A stretch of 64,000 bases of DNA from the human T2T-CHM13v2.0 reference genome, Homo sapiens: assembly GCF_009914755.1 (NCBI RefSeq), contig NC_060947.1, one strand, 5' to 3'. Positions 43,775-59,269 of the stretch are shown here, in pieces (the stretch's first letter is position 1; the number at the start of each line of letters is the position of its first letter). Both the position numbers and the translations under genes were made by a program. The notes beneath the pieces are model-generated. The model searched no databases. It saw nothing but the letters and a program-made list of their open reading frames with translations, and was not told where the DNA came from.

Positions 43775-46600
43775 TATTCCGGCCAAGATAGGGCACAGAA
43801 ACTAGTTTTACTCATTTAGCCTGAAACAAGTAAAAACAAAACAAAACTAGGAAAAATACATGCAACAGTAGTTTTAAAGGCATTGGAAATCCAGCAGTGA
43901 AGGACAGTGAATGCTGAGAGACTGAAAAAAACAAATGAGGTCAGCCCTATGAGTTTCCCAGCTTAGAGTTTTGCAGGCTGCAGTGCAGGAAGGGGAACCC
44001 AAGTGGAACCCAGTAGTATCCCTACGTTGAGAAGACTGAATTGGGAGTATGGGAAAGACAAGGAAGTGAGAATTTGCAAGGCAAAGTGCCAGAGAGATTT
44101 TGTACACTAAAATCTTCAAAATATTGCTGAGAAATATTAAGAAAATCTAGATAAACTGAGATATATTTTGTTTGCAGGTATAAAGACTCAATAGTGTTAA
44201 GATGTAAATTCTCACAAAATTGATCTACAGACTGAACACAACCCAAATACCAGTAAGCTTGTATGTAGACATTGACAAGCTGATTCAAAAATGTATAAGG
44301 ACATGCAAAGAACCTAGAATAGCCAAAACAATCTTGAAAAAGAAAAACAAAGTTGGAAAGCTAACACTACCTGATTTCAAGTCTTATTATAAAGCTACAA
44401 CAATTAAGACAGTGTGGCACTGATGTCAAGATAGGTGAATAGATCAATGGAACAAAATAGAAAGCCCAGAAATAGACCCACATCTATACAGATAAATTTA
44501 TTTATTTATTTTACAAAGGCAATTCAGTGGAGAAAGGACAGCAATGGTACTGGAACAATGTGATATACATAGGCAAAAAAAAAAAAAAAAAAAAACTTCA
44601 ATTCGTATCTTATACCACAGAAGAAAACTAACTCAGAATGGGCTATAATCAAATTTAAAAGCTGAAACTATAAAATTTCGAGGAGAAAAATCTTTGTAAT
44701 CTTAGGTTAGCCAAAGATATCTTAGATACAATGATTCATAAAATAATCAATAAACTGAACATCAAATTTGAAAACTCATGATTTTCTAAAAGACACTGTT
44801 AAGAATGAAAAGAAAAACCACAGACTGAGTTAAAATATTTGTAAATCATATGTCTGATAAAGAACTTGTATTATATATATATTATATAAAGAACTCCCAA
44901 AACTCAATAACTCAATAATAAGAAAACAAGTAAATCAGTTTTTAAAGAATAAGCAAAATATTTGAATAGACACTTTACCAAAGAAAACATACAAATGGCA
45001 AACATAAAAAAAGTTCAACATCATTAAGTCAATAGGGAAATGCATGCTAAAAACATGATGCGATGCCACTGAACACCTACTAGAATGGTTGAAATTTTTT
45101 AGACTGACCATACCACATGTTGAAAAGAATATGGAGGAACTGGAACTTTCACTGCTGATGGGAATGTAAAATCATACAATGTCATAGTGAATTAAAAAAA
45201 AAAACCACCCAATGAAATAGATCATCTGAATAGTCCTATAACCATTAAAAAATTTCAATTCATAGTTTAAAAACTTCCAAAGAAGAAATCTCTAGACCCA
45301 GAGAGTTTAGCTGGAGGATTCCACCAAACATATACAGAATTAACATGAGTTTTACAGTCTCTTCCAGAAAGTACAATGATACAGTTACTTAAGAAAAATG
45401 TTTTACGTTTTCTTTAAAAATTAAATGTATAATTACTATGTGACTCAGTCATTTCTACTCCTTCATGTTTACTCAAGAAAAAAGAAAACATATAGTCGTA
45501 CAGACTGTACACAAATGTTTGCAGCAGACCCAAACTGAAACAACCCAAATGTCCATTAACTAGTGAATAGACAACCAAATTTTGGTATATATGATGGAAT
45601 ACTACTCAGTACTAAAAAGGAATGAACTATTGACTCACTATAACAACTTAAATTAATCTCAGAATAACTATGCTGAACCAAAGAAGCCAGACCAAAAGAA
45701 AAGTATATACTGCATTATTCCGTTTATACAAAACTTTAGGAAACACAAATTATACTAACAGAACTGATTAGTGGTTGCCTTAGGTGAAGAGTTTAGTGTG
45801 GGAGTGGCCTGGAGAGGGGAGGATTTTGAAGCGACCAGCCATTGAAAAGGACATACAAAGGAAAAGAAAATGAAATAGCTTGTGAACATAAAAATCAACT
45901 TCACTAATAATTATAAAACTACAATTCAAACAAGATATCACATTTTGCCTATTAGACTGATAAATTAAGAAAAATCGATATTGTCCTAAACTGACAAAGA
46001 AGTGGGTAAAAACAGTCACCTTTATAAGCTGTTATTGGGAGGGTGATTTGGTTTATCCATATTGGGGGTCAATCTGGTAGTAGCAATCATGATTTTAAAT
46101 AGGCAAGACCTCTGATCTCCCTACTTTTAAAACCCCTATTAAGCAGAAATCCTGACACATACACACACTGATATCTATGCAAGTTCCATGTACCATAAAA
46201 AAAATAAAACTACATAAATATCTATTAACATGGGAAAGTTACATAAATTGTGGTTCACTCACTGAGGAATATTACACAACTGTTAAAAGGTGGTGATGTA
46301 GATTTGTAAGAACTGAGGTGGAAAGATTAAATATTTTAAAGTAGCTTATGGAATAGTATATATAGTATGATGTCATTATTCAAAAATAGTTTTGTGTGTG
46401 TATGAATGCACTGTCCTTTGTCATTTATAATTGCAAAGAAAAGGGTCTAAAAGCATACACATTAAATTGTTAACAATCACAATCATAACCTCTAGGAAAG
46501 TGAATAGGATTACAGAGGAATGTCAACAGATACATTCCTGTTTTAGTCTATACACTTCTATATTATTTAAATTTTTGTGCTGAATTTTAAGTTTAGTTTG
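43775..46600 (+). mobile_element. Fragmented old L1M elements
   Basis: 5'-like ttccggccaagat segment, ORF2 remnant (ORF-track 44220..44423) and 3'UTR-type motifs; boundaries approximate. Confidence 0.7.
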
Positions 46601-46924
46601 ATTTTTTAAAACATAATAAAAATGAAAACAAGGACACCCTCTAAAATATTTTTTATTGTTGCTTAAGAAAGAACCTAAATTGTAGGGATCTAACACACAT
46701 GAGTTCAAACCCCAGCTCTATCACTTATGGCCTCTGTCATGTTAGGCAAGTCATTTAACCTCTCTGAGCCTCAGTTGTCTAATTTGCCAAAAGAAGATCA
46801 TGTCTATGAGTATAGTTGTCATGATCAACTGATAAATGTACATGAGTATTTGTCTAGCTTAAATCCCCCTTCTCTCTCTCTCTCTCCAGGGCCCTTCCAT
46901 TTGGTTTTGAATACAACCTCTTAA

Positions 46925-47130
46925 ATGGGGCCAATTCTATTTTCCAGGGGACATTTCATGACATCTGTGAAAATATTTATTGTCACAACTGTGGAAGGGG
47001 GGTTGGCATCTAGTGGGGAAAGGCAAGGAATCCTGCTAAACATCCAACAATGCCCAGGGCAGTCCCCACAACAAGAATTATTGGCCCAAAATGTCAAAAT
47101 AATACCAAGGCTGAAAAATGTTGGTCTAGA
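46925..47130. mobile_element. MER20 DNA transposon
   Basis: ggggacattt...ttgtcacaactg...ggcatctagtgg...ctgctaaacatcc...ggcccaaaatgtca. Confidence 0.8.
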
Positions 47131-47497
47131 ATAATGAAGAGGAATAACAAATGAGAATATACTTACTTAATGCAGATGGGATTCAAGAAAATTTTAACCC
47201 TGAACTAAACTTCTAAAAAAACGTTTTGAAAACATTGAGTGGAGGAAAACAGAATACATATTTATTATGTTTATAGGCATCCATCCATGCATCTGTCCAT
47301 CCAACAATCTCTTCCGATTGAACCCAAGTGAGTGTTATTAATGGAGATAAACGCATCATATATTATTTCCCTTTGCTCAGTTAGAAGACATCCTTGCTGA
47401 GCCATTCATAATATACCAGACCATAGACACCCTCCCTCACAGATGGCGTCACCTCATACTTCAGAGAAAAGGGAGGTCATTAGAAGTAAACTTCTTC

Positions 47498-47820
<323 letters not shown>

Positions 47821-47899
47821 AGTAAACAACTTCAACTTTCTGTCCCCATACTGACAAACTCATTGACATCCACACTTATAAACCTACTTTATCTCTCCT

Positions 47900-49060
47900 C
47901 ACTTTCTAAGGAGAATGCCTCTACCTATGCTCTGGATCCCATCTCATCTCTTCCTGTTTCTCAGGGACCTTCCTCCATCATTCATCTCCTTTCTTACAAT
48001 ACTGTTTCTCAAAAGCATTTAAATGAACTTAAGTCTCTCCTGTCTGAACCCAAGCTACTCTCCACTGCCATCACATTCATTTTCTTCTACACTTTCCAGA
48101 CAGTTAAGTCTCCATTTCTTCATCCTCCAGTTGATCCTCAACCTTGTCTCTGCCCACATCACTCCTCTGTAACTGTTTTTACAATGATCACCACTGGCCT
48201 GCTGATTGCTGACTCCAACAGGTACTTTTTCAATTTTTATTTTGACTGTGCTCCAACATTTAACACATTTAACCAATCCATTTCTAAAAATTCCTCTCTC
48301 TTTACCTTTCTGCTTCTCTGAACACTGTCGTCTCTTTCACTGGCTCTCTCTGAAATTTAATGTTCTCCAGGATTATGTCCTCAACCTTCTAATGATCTCA
48401 CTTGTCTGCACTCATTCGCTTTCTCAACCGTGTCATCCACTCACATGGCTTGCACTACCAAGTTTCTCTACTGGTTTCTATACCAATATATCTAACTAAC
48501 TGCTCAATGTTGCCTTCTGGATATCCCAGAGGTATCTCAAATTCAACATTTCTAGAATTAAACACTTTCGTCCCTTAAAATTTTTTATTATCTAAAACAA
48601 TGCCAATGTCCAAGCCACAAATCTGGACATTATTATCTTAAAATCCTCCCCCTCTCTCACATCCCACATCCATTTAGTCACCAAGTTCTATCAATTATAC
48701 TTCCTTAATGTCTCTCTAATCTGTCCCCTCTGCTCACTACCACTGACTTGGTTGAGTCTCATCATGTCTCTCTATGATTATAATAGTCTCCTAATTGTTC
48801 CTTCTGTCTCCAGCCACTCCTGTCTTTAATCTGTCTACCCAAGTGCAGGTAGAGTGATCTTTCTCAACTCTAATCTAATTGTGTTACTCCACTGCTTAAA
48901 ATGTTTCAATGACTCTTCACTGTCTTCGGGACAAAGGCCAAATTCCTTAGTTAGCACACAAAGTACTCAATAATCTGGCCACATCCTGAAATCTCCAGCC
49001 CCATCTTCCCCATCTTCCACTATTCCCCTACATTCACCCTCCACTATAGCCATGCTGAAT
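47900..49060 (+). mobile_element. L2 fragment
   Basis: L2 motifs (tctcaaattcaacattt, agagtgatctttct, aattccttag); boundaries approximate. Confidence 0.6.
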
Positions 49061-50263
49061 TATTAAAGTTCTTTAGTCTCTTAGTTATTTAGTTCTTTGG
49101 TTATTTTATGGAACTTAATTTCTCTGGTGTCTCATTCCTGTATGTATCCAGAGTGATCTATACACAGAACACTTTCACTCTTACCCTTTATGGAAGAGAC
49201 TGCTAATTGCTTACTGGTACCCACCTTCCCCTTCTTACTTTTACTAATGGAAGTCACTGAATGGTAGCTGGGCACCCATGCCTACCTTTCTTAGTCTCCC
49301 TTGCAGCTAGGTAAGGACATGTGATTAAGTTTTAGATAACAGAATACAAGTAGAAATAATGCATGAAAGCCTCTGGGTCATGCTTTTATGAAGAAGCTGT
49401 CTGTATTACATTCTGTCTTTTTTTCCCTTTCTCTCTGGCTAGTAAATGGGGACAAATGGAATAGCTATCTAGGATCAAGAAACTGAAGCCAAGTGGTGAG
49501 GATGGCAGAAGTATGTCATTGATCTTGGACTATTCACTGCTAGACTTTTATGTGAGAGAAAAATGAACTCTTCTCCATCATATTTAAGCCAAATAATTTG
49601 CAGTCCTCTGTTATAGGAGGACTTTTCTTACAGAAGGTTAATCAATTAATCTACTCCTCTGATTTTCAGGACTCACATCATGCATTACCCACTGTATGAA
49701 GACTTCTCTGATTCCCAATAGAGAGGTAAGTTCCCTTTCCATGGGCTCCCACAGCATCCAATGCACATCTTCACCACAGTCTTTATTACACTGCATCCTG
49801 AGTGTTAGTTGGTTCCAGATACCCCCAAGTCCCATAACTTTTCTGACAGCAGAGATTTTTTTTCGTGATTCCTCTCTAGAGACTAGGGCTGAGTAGGGCA
49901 CGAGGCAAGATAAAGCAGCTCAATGACAGTTTTTAAAATGAATGGATGAATTTTGGCTACCAGGCCCTTTAGAGCATATTAAATAATAGAACTTTTTTTT
50001 TCATTTATTCCTTCACCAACTATAATTGGGAAGAGAGAGTACAAAATAGAGGTGAGAGAGTACAAAGTAGAGGTCAAAGAGTCAGGACAGAGTCAGAGTC
50101 AGTTGTGTTGGAGCTTTGCTATGTAACCAGGGGCAAGAAACTTAAACTATATGAATCTCAAACTTGAAGCTCAGTTTGCATTTTGAAAATGTCAGCTGCA
50201 AAATGAGAATAGTGATACCATCTACCTCATAGGGTTGTTGTGATGGTTGAATGAGGTAACATA

Positions 50264-52987
<2,724 letters not shown>

Positions 52988-53117
52988 ATGTAAAGAACCT
53001 AGCCTGGAACATACTGAGCACTCAGTAAGTGGTAGTTATTGCAATTATCATGAACCCTAAAAAGAACTTAAACCTATGTTTCCTTAGAGAAAGAGAAAAC
53101 ACAAGACACACAAAGAG

Positions 53118-53252
53118 GTGGGGAGGGGGGAGGGAGAGAGGGGAGAGGGAGGAACGGGGGGAGAGGGAGGAACGGAGGGAACGGAGGGAGAGAGAGTGAA
53201 AGAGGGGGACAGGGAGAGGGAGAGGAGAGTGGTAGAGAAAGGGAGGGAGGAA
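53118..53252 (+). repeat. G/A-rich low-complexity polypurine tract
   Basis: Directly visible, with many G3+ runs. Confidence 0.9.
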
Positions 53253-54691
53253 CAGAGAAATTTTCAGACCGGAGCAATAGGGAGTGAAGCAGTTACATGC
53301 TATGCAAATCAGGTGATATGAACTTAATTGCTCTTCAAGCTCTCTGTCAGATTAAATGATCTTATTTCCCTGCTCCAGTTATAAAAATTATTCACTTCTC
53401 ATTGAAAAAAAAAACCCTTCCTCACAGGTTGTTCTTCTTCAAGAAGCTACCCAGGCCTTAAGATAGATATGGGCTCACTGACTTCTACGATTTATAATGA
53501 GAGCTGACAATTCCACCTGGACAGGGTGTTGTCCACATGCCCTGTCTCCTGAAAATATACTGAAAGGCTCATTGGTAAGGAGCTGGTTGAGAGCAGTTTT
53601 GCCAATGTGGCAGTAGGCAGAGCTCAGAGAAGGTGCTTGGTAGGCTTAAAACCACACTCTCTTTAAGTGAGAAAAGTCTAGAAAAGCAAAGGGGAAACTT
53701 CCTGTTGTGTGTCTTCTCTAAAATTAAAATGTGGCCTGAATAACCCTGCAGTCATCACGGATTGCAACATCCTTCCCAAAGCTGGCCTACAGATGCAAAC
53801 ATTCAAGCCAAACTTTAATGTGGAAATATTGGCAATTGCTGTAGTAAGAAGAATCCACTTACCTCTTTTTCTGGTCTGTGGCCCTCCAAAGGCCTCACTT
53901 CAAAACTCTTTTTTAACAATGGGCATTAACCTGTGTGTTACTGCTATTCCTTTTGGGAAGAGAAATGGAGCAGATTGTCATCCTTGCTCCCAGACACTCT
54001 GGTTTCTTTGCTGTTCAACATGCCAAGCACACTGCTGCCTTGGGCCTTTCTACTAGGTTTTCCCTATTCATGGAATTGCTCTTCCCAAAGATATCTACCA
54101 TACTTTGTACCCTTACTTTATTCAGTTCTCTGCCTAAATAACACATTAACAGTAGCCTTGTCTGACCATCTTCCATAAAGGAACAACCCACTACCTTGCT
54201 TTACTTTTTCTTCAGAGCACTTGCCACCACCTGATGTATTGTTTATCTCCAGCAGAACATAAGACCCACAAAAAAGGGCCTTTGTTTTGTTTGTATCCCC
54301 AGAGCCTAGAACTTCACCTGTCCATAGTAAGCATTTAGTAAGTATTCATTGAATGAAGGGGTGACATTGGTACCTTAAAAACAGGATTATAAACTACAGA
54401 TATAACTAGTGGAATTGGGAAGGGCAACTTGCGGAAAACTCCACAGTTTCTATTAAGAAAGGAGGAAGGAAAGAGAATATGGGCCCAAGATCTCTTAACT
54501 CACTGTTGGCAGTCCAATATTAATGAGAAAACTTTCAGAGCTGACAAGGGAGTTAGAATAGGTCCAAGAAAAGAAACCTAGCAAGCTCTACCTAATGCCC
54601 CAGTGGCTTCTTGTGTATCCATGAAAGGACTTATTCTAAGCAGGTTCTGAGAATGGAATAACAACCTACCCTTTTACAATAGCAGAAATAA

Positions 54692-54988
54692 AACCAGGCA
54701 TGGTGGCTCAAGCCTGTAACCCCAGCACTTTGGGAGGCTGAGGCAGGAGGATCACATGAGGTCGGGAGTTCAAGACGAGCTTGGCCAACATGGTGAAACC
54801 CTGTCTCTACCAAAAATACAAAAATTAGCCGGGAGTGGTGGTGCACACCCATAATCCTGGCTACTTGGGAGGCTGAGGCAGGAGAATCGCTTAAACCTGG
54901 GAGATGGAGACTGCAGTGAGCTTAGATCACGCCACTGCACTCCAAACTGGGTGGCAGAAGTGGAGACTCTGTCTCCAAAAAAAAAAAA
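54692..54988 (+). mobile_element. AluS
   Basis: Full dimer and TSD agcagaaataaa. Confidence 0.88.
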
Positions 54989-57900
54989 GCAGAAATAAAT
55001 CCTAAAAGAATGGGAAACTCATAGCATATGGAGACTTTCTAAAGGGTCAAATACTAGGTGGCACAGGATGCAAAACCAGTTCCTATGCATCTCATGCAAT
55101 CATTGTGAAAAGGTAGTGACAGCAGTAATAGAAGGTGGAAATGGTGGTACTAGCTGCTGACCCAGAAGACTGACTAAAATGGCTTTGATGGAATAAACTT
55201 TTTCCAAGTTCAAGCCATGGGTCAGAGTTAGTTTTAATGGTCAACTCTTCTACAATGTTTACTACATGTCAGGCACATGTCTAAGTGTTTTATGTATATT
55301 AACTCATTTATTGAGTGTTTACAAGTTCCTTTCTCTGAACACAAATTCCTTTCTCTGCAAAGACAACCTGGGCTTGAAGGACATGATTGAACAACTAGCG
55401 CATTAGGGTAACCACAAAATAAATCCCTCTATCTACCCCTTTCCACAGGATTAAGGGAGGAAAGAATAATTAGAAAGCTGAATGAATGGAAAGTTGAGAA
55501 AATTATCACTAGAACTTGACAGGGTATAGGCCTTCATTTTCCCTCCTCTGGACACTGTAGTGGTTCTTCTGTAGCTGAAAAATTAAGTAGGAATTCCTAA
55601 CTCATAGACAGACTAGATCAACTCACTGGGGAGAAGACTAGAAAGAGGATGTGAGGCCAAAGGCTTGGCTGGGAATAAAGAATGTGCATTGTCCAAGGCC
55701 ACCTGATAGTAAGAAGCAGGGCTATGATATGAACTCAGAAGTGTCTGACTTCAAGGCTAACACTCTTTCCACTATAAACCATAGAAGGAAACATTTTAAG
55801 TTTAAAAATAACTCCTCGGGTAGAAACAGTATCAGGCAGAACTTATTTTCCCACCCTCCAAAACTCCAGAAAAAGGACAGACTGATTTGGCTTTCTGTGG
55901 ACTGGTTAAGAACAATTAGGGCTTCATGGTCTCTGATAGTGACTTCAGAAAAAAATCCCAGAAGGTGGCCAAAGTAGAGTCTGGGGGCAAACCAGTGCTT
56001 ATTTGTTTTCTGGGCATATGGTTGGCACTGAGTGCCATTCTAAAGGCCTGGTCTAAGAGAACTCAATATCCGAGGAATATTATTTCATTCTGATGGGCCT
56101 TGGCTGTTGTTTTGGGTTGTATTCAGGAAGGAGCCCAACTCCTGGAATCCCTCTCCTGAAGGCTTCTGGGAACTAAATCTGGATAATTTGCTGGGCTTTG
56201 AGACACTGCCAGGAGAGCGATCACCTCCATTGGGAAGAGGGTTAATGAACTGCTTGCCTGAGTTTGGTCACATATTAACCCCCTTACGGATTCTTCTCTG
56301 TCATGTCTTTAGGTGTGAAAGAGAGAAGAAATTTAATATAAGATGGTCATTTCCAATTGCCAAAGGCCAAGAGATCCAGACCCATTCTAACTCTTGGAAA
56401 TCTTGGCAGAAATGAGCAACTATCCAGATTCTTTCCAGATGTCGCTTCAGGGCTGCAAATATCAGATTGTACAAAAAAACATTTTGCCTTTCTATAAATC
56501 AAAGCTACAAGACTTGGCCCTGATGAATCCCAGCTTTCCAACTGAGTCTCCATTTACACTCTGGCTAAGGCTATGTTGAGCTTTCTGGGTTCTGGTTATA
56601 TTAGCAAAAACCATACTCTTAACTACACTAGAAACAAAGGTGGCAAAGGGTCAAAAGTAATGAGCTCTTAGCATTTGGCACAGACCACATTAAACATCAA
56701 GTGTGTCACCGAGTTTGCTTAGAGTATGTAGAGAACTTTGAAAGTATCACGTCTGTTGTTACCAAGAGCCAGCTTTTTATAAAAGGGCTGTCACTAAGGC
56801 TGTCTTTGGTCTCAGCAACACATAGTCTTTAAGGCCTTTTTAGATGTAACATTCCAGAATCCTGTCTAGTCCTACTCATCCAATATACTTATGGGAAAAT
56901 CGATGTCCAAAGAGGGGGAAGTGACTTGCCCAAGGCCCCAAAGCTAGTAGGTGGTAGAACTGAGACTAGAATCCAAGAGTTCTAATGCCCAATCGGGTGT
57001 CATTTCCCCTAAAAACCAGTACCTCCTGCCTGAAACAGCTGTAGACTTCCACTGATTATATCTAACCGGTCTGTAATCCGTGTTCTAATTGTCTGTTCAT
57101 TCCCCTTCCCAGTTGTCTTGGGAAGAAAATATCAAGGGGGAGAGAAGATAAAGTCAGATCCTGTTAAGGACATCTCTATCTACTCAGCATGGATTGTGAG
57201 TTTTCTACTAAGAATGAGATGGCAGATTCCAAGTGCAGTTTCTTTTTAGATCAACTTAAGATGCGTTTAGGTTGGGAAATTAAAGAGTTTCTCTATCATT
57301 TAACAACCATAAACAATGGTGTAACAGCTACTAAGAAAAGCCTCTTTTGACTACAAAGACTTAGTAGATACCAAGGTATTAATAAAAGTATTAGGAGGGA
57401 ATGCCACCACAAAGACAGAGCTCATCTCCTGTCAATACAGCAAAGGGGTGGTGGTATAGGGCAGGGGCAAGTACTAAAATTTAGTGGCCAATGTACTATG
57501 TACAAAGTACTTGAAACATTTATCTCAATGACTCCTCCCAAAAACTCTATGAAGTATGTCTAATTATTGGTATCATTTTTTTTTAATGAGGGAAACAAGG
57601 CTCAGGGGGGTAAACTGGCTTGTTTAGATGACCACCCAGCTAGTAAAGGATAAAGTTGGGATGTAACCCCTGGGCTGTCTAGTTTAAAGCTATTTTTCCA
57701 TTCTTTCCATTATTCTCACTCTAGGGATATCTGAAGAGCTCACAGAGGTAGCCTGGACATTTTCAGAGTTCTTGGTAAGGAGTCTTAATCTAAGAAAGTA
57801 GCAATGACCCAGTTTTCACTCTCCAAATCTCAGAGCAAAGAAAAAGTCCACCCGATCTCTCATTGCTCCTCAATTGATTCCTGTTTTCTGAAATTCCTAT

Positions 57901-59026
57901 TGGCCTATCACCAGACTGCTGAAGCTCAGTCTGCTTTAAGTCTAGCTGCCAAAGTACACCTATCTGGCCCTCTGGCACACTGGCCCCAGTCTTACTGTAT
58001 TATCTAGACTCTGGTGTTCCAACCTGAGACCTCAGGCCACTCAAAGGAGAACAGCAAAGGAAAAAATATATGATACAAGAAAATCGCTGGCCATTGAGGG
58101 GAATGGACAATATGACCTTGGAGATATTTTCGATTCTCAAAAATCTCTGATTCTATATTCTTCCCCACCCACACACACTCGAAGCCTCCAAAAAGAAAAT
58201 AAAAACAGATATTTGATTTTGATAGTCCATAGAAACTTAACCTCTGTAGACCTCAGTTTACCTGTAACTAAATACTACATAAAGTTGTGAGAAATCGAGG
58301 AGATGCTTTGTGTCAAATGTATAGCACCATGTCTGACACATAGCAAGCTGTCAAAAAATGCTATCATTTTTACTGTGATAATTATTATTACAGCCCCAGC
58401 TAGAGAGAGAAAAAGGGAAGGAGTGGATATTTTCACCTCATTCTGAATCATCGGCATAATTCCCAGAATCAAAAGGGGAATCTTTTCTGCTCTCTGAACA
58501 TTGGAGCAAACCTCAGATCACAACTGCATCCTACATTTATCACCCTATCTCATTGGGTTTGGACATGCTTATTCACCTCAAACAGGGCCTGACTTCACTT
58601 CAAAGCTATAAGTAACTGGGCATTTGAAGAATGTGTGAAAGACCTCCACTTAGCCAAGGTGGAAAACTTGAAGCTACGTTTTCAAAGATTCATTGTAACT
58701 AATAAATACATCTGAAATCTCCCAATCTTAATAATTCTCTGCTCAAAGATATTTTTTCTCCAGGTTACGTTTTGATCTTAATATTCAAACTTAAAGATAT
58801 TTTTTCTCCAGATTCAATTGAGAATGTTTGCCAAATTCCAAGCTAAATACATATTAGATTCACATGTAGAGACTAATGAAAATATCCTTACATGTACAGA
58901 TAATAAAAATGTTATTTTCAATAACCTTTAGCTTAACCTTATCATTTCAGAAATTAAATGTGAAGTAGAGTCTTGGCTTAATTAGATTCTCTCTCTTTAC
59001 ACATACTGACGCCCACCCCCCACCAA

Positions 59027-59032
59027 GTGTGT

Positions 59033-59080
<48 letters not shown>
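59027..59080 (+). repeat. (TG)n microsatellite, about 26 units with one interruption
   Basis: Directly visible. Confidence 0.95.
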
Positions 59081-59082
<2 letters not shown>

Positions 59083-59250
59083 GTAGGTAGATATAGAGAT
59101 ACATTCTAAAATACAAATGTATAAAATATAAATCTATACAGTAAAATCTATAAAGTATAACTATATATTTACATTTACTTATATTTTAAAATATCTATCT
59201 ATCTATCTTATTCCAGAAATCAGTTGGAGGGACACATTCATCTGTTCTCT

Positions 59251-59269
59251 TGCTACCCTCTGGTGGCAG
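59251..59269 (-). promoter_or_regulatory. Candidate CTCF motif
   Basis: Minus strand CTGCCACCAGAGGGTAGCA matches the core CCASYAGRKGGCRS with one mismatch. Motif only. Confidence 0.4.

Noticed and set aside
47436-47452. ctcacagatggcgtca as a CTCF/YY1 motif
   Set aside because: Two mismatches in the CTCF core and no other support.
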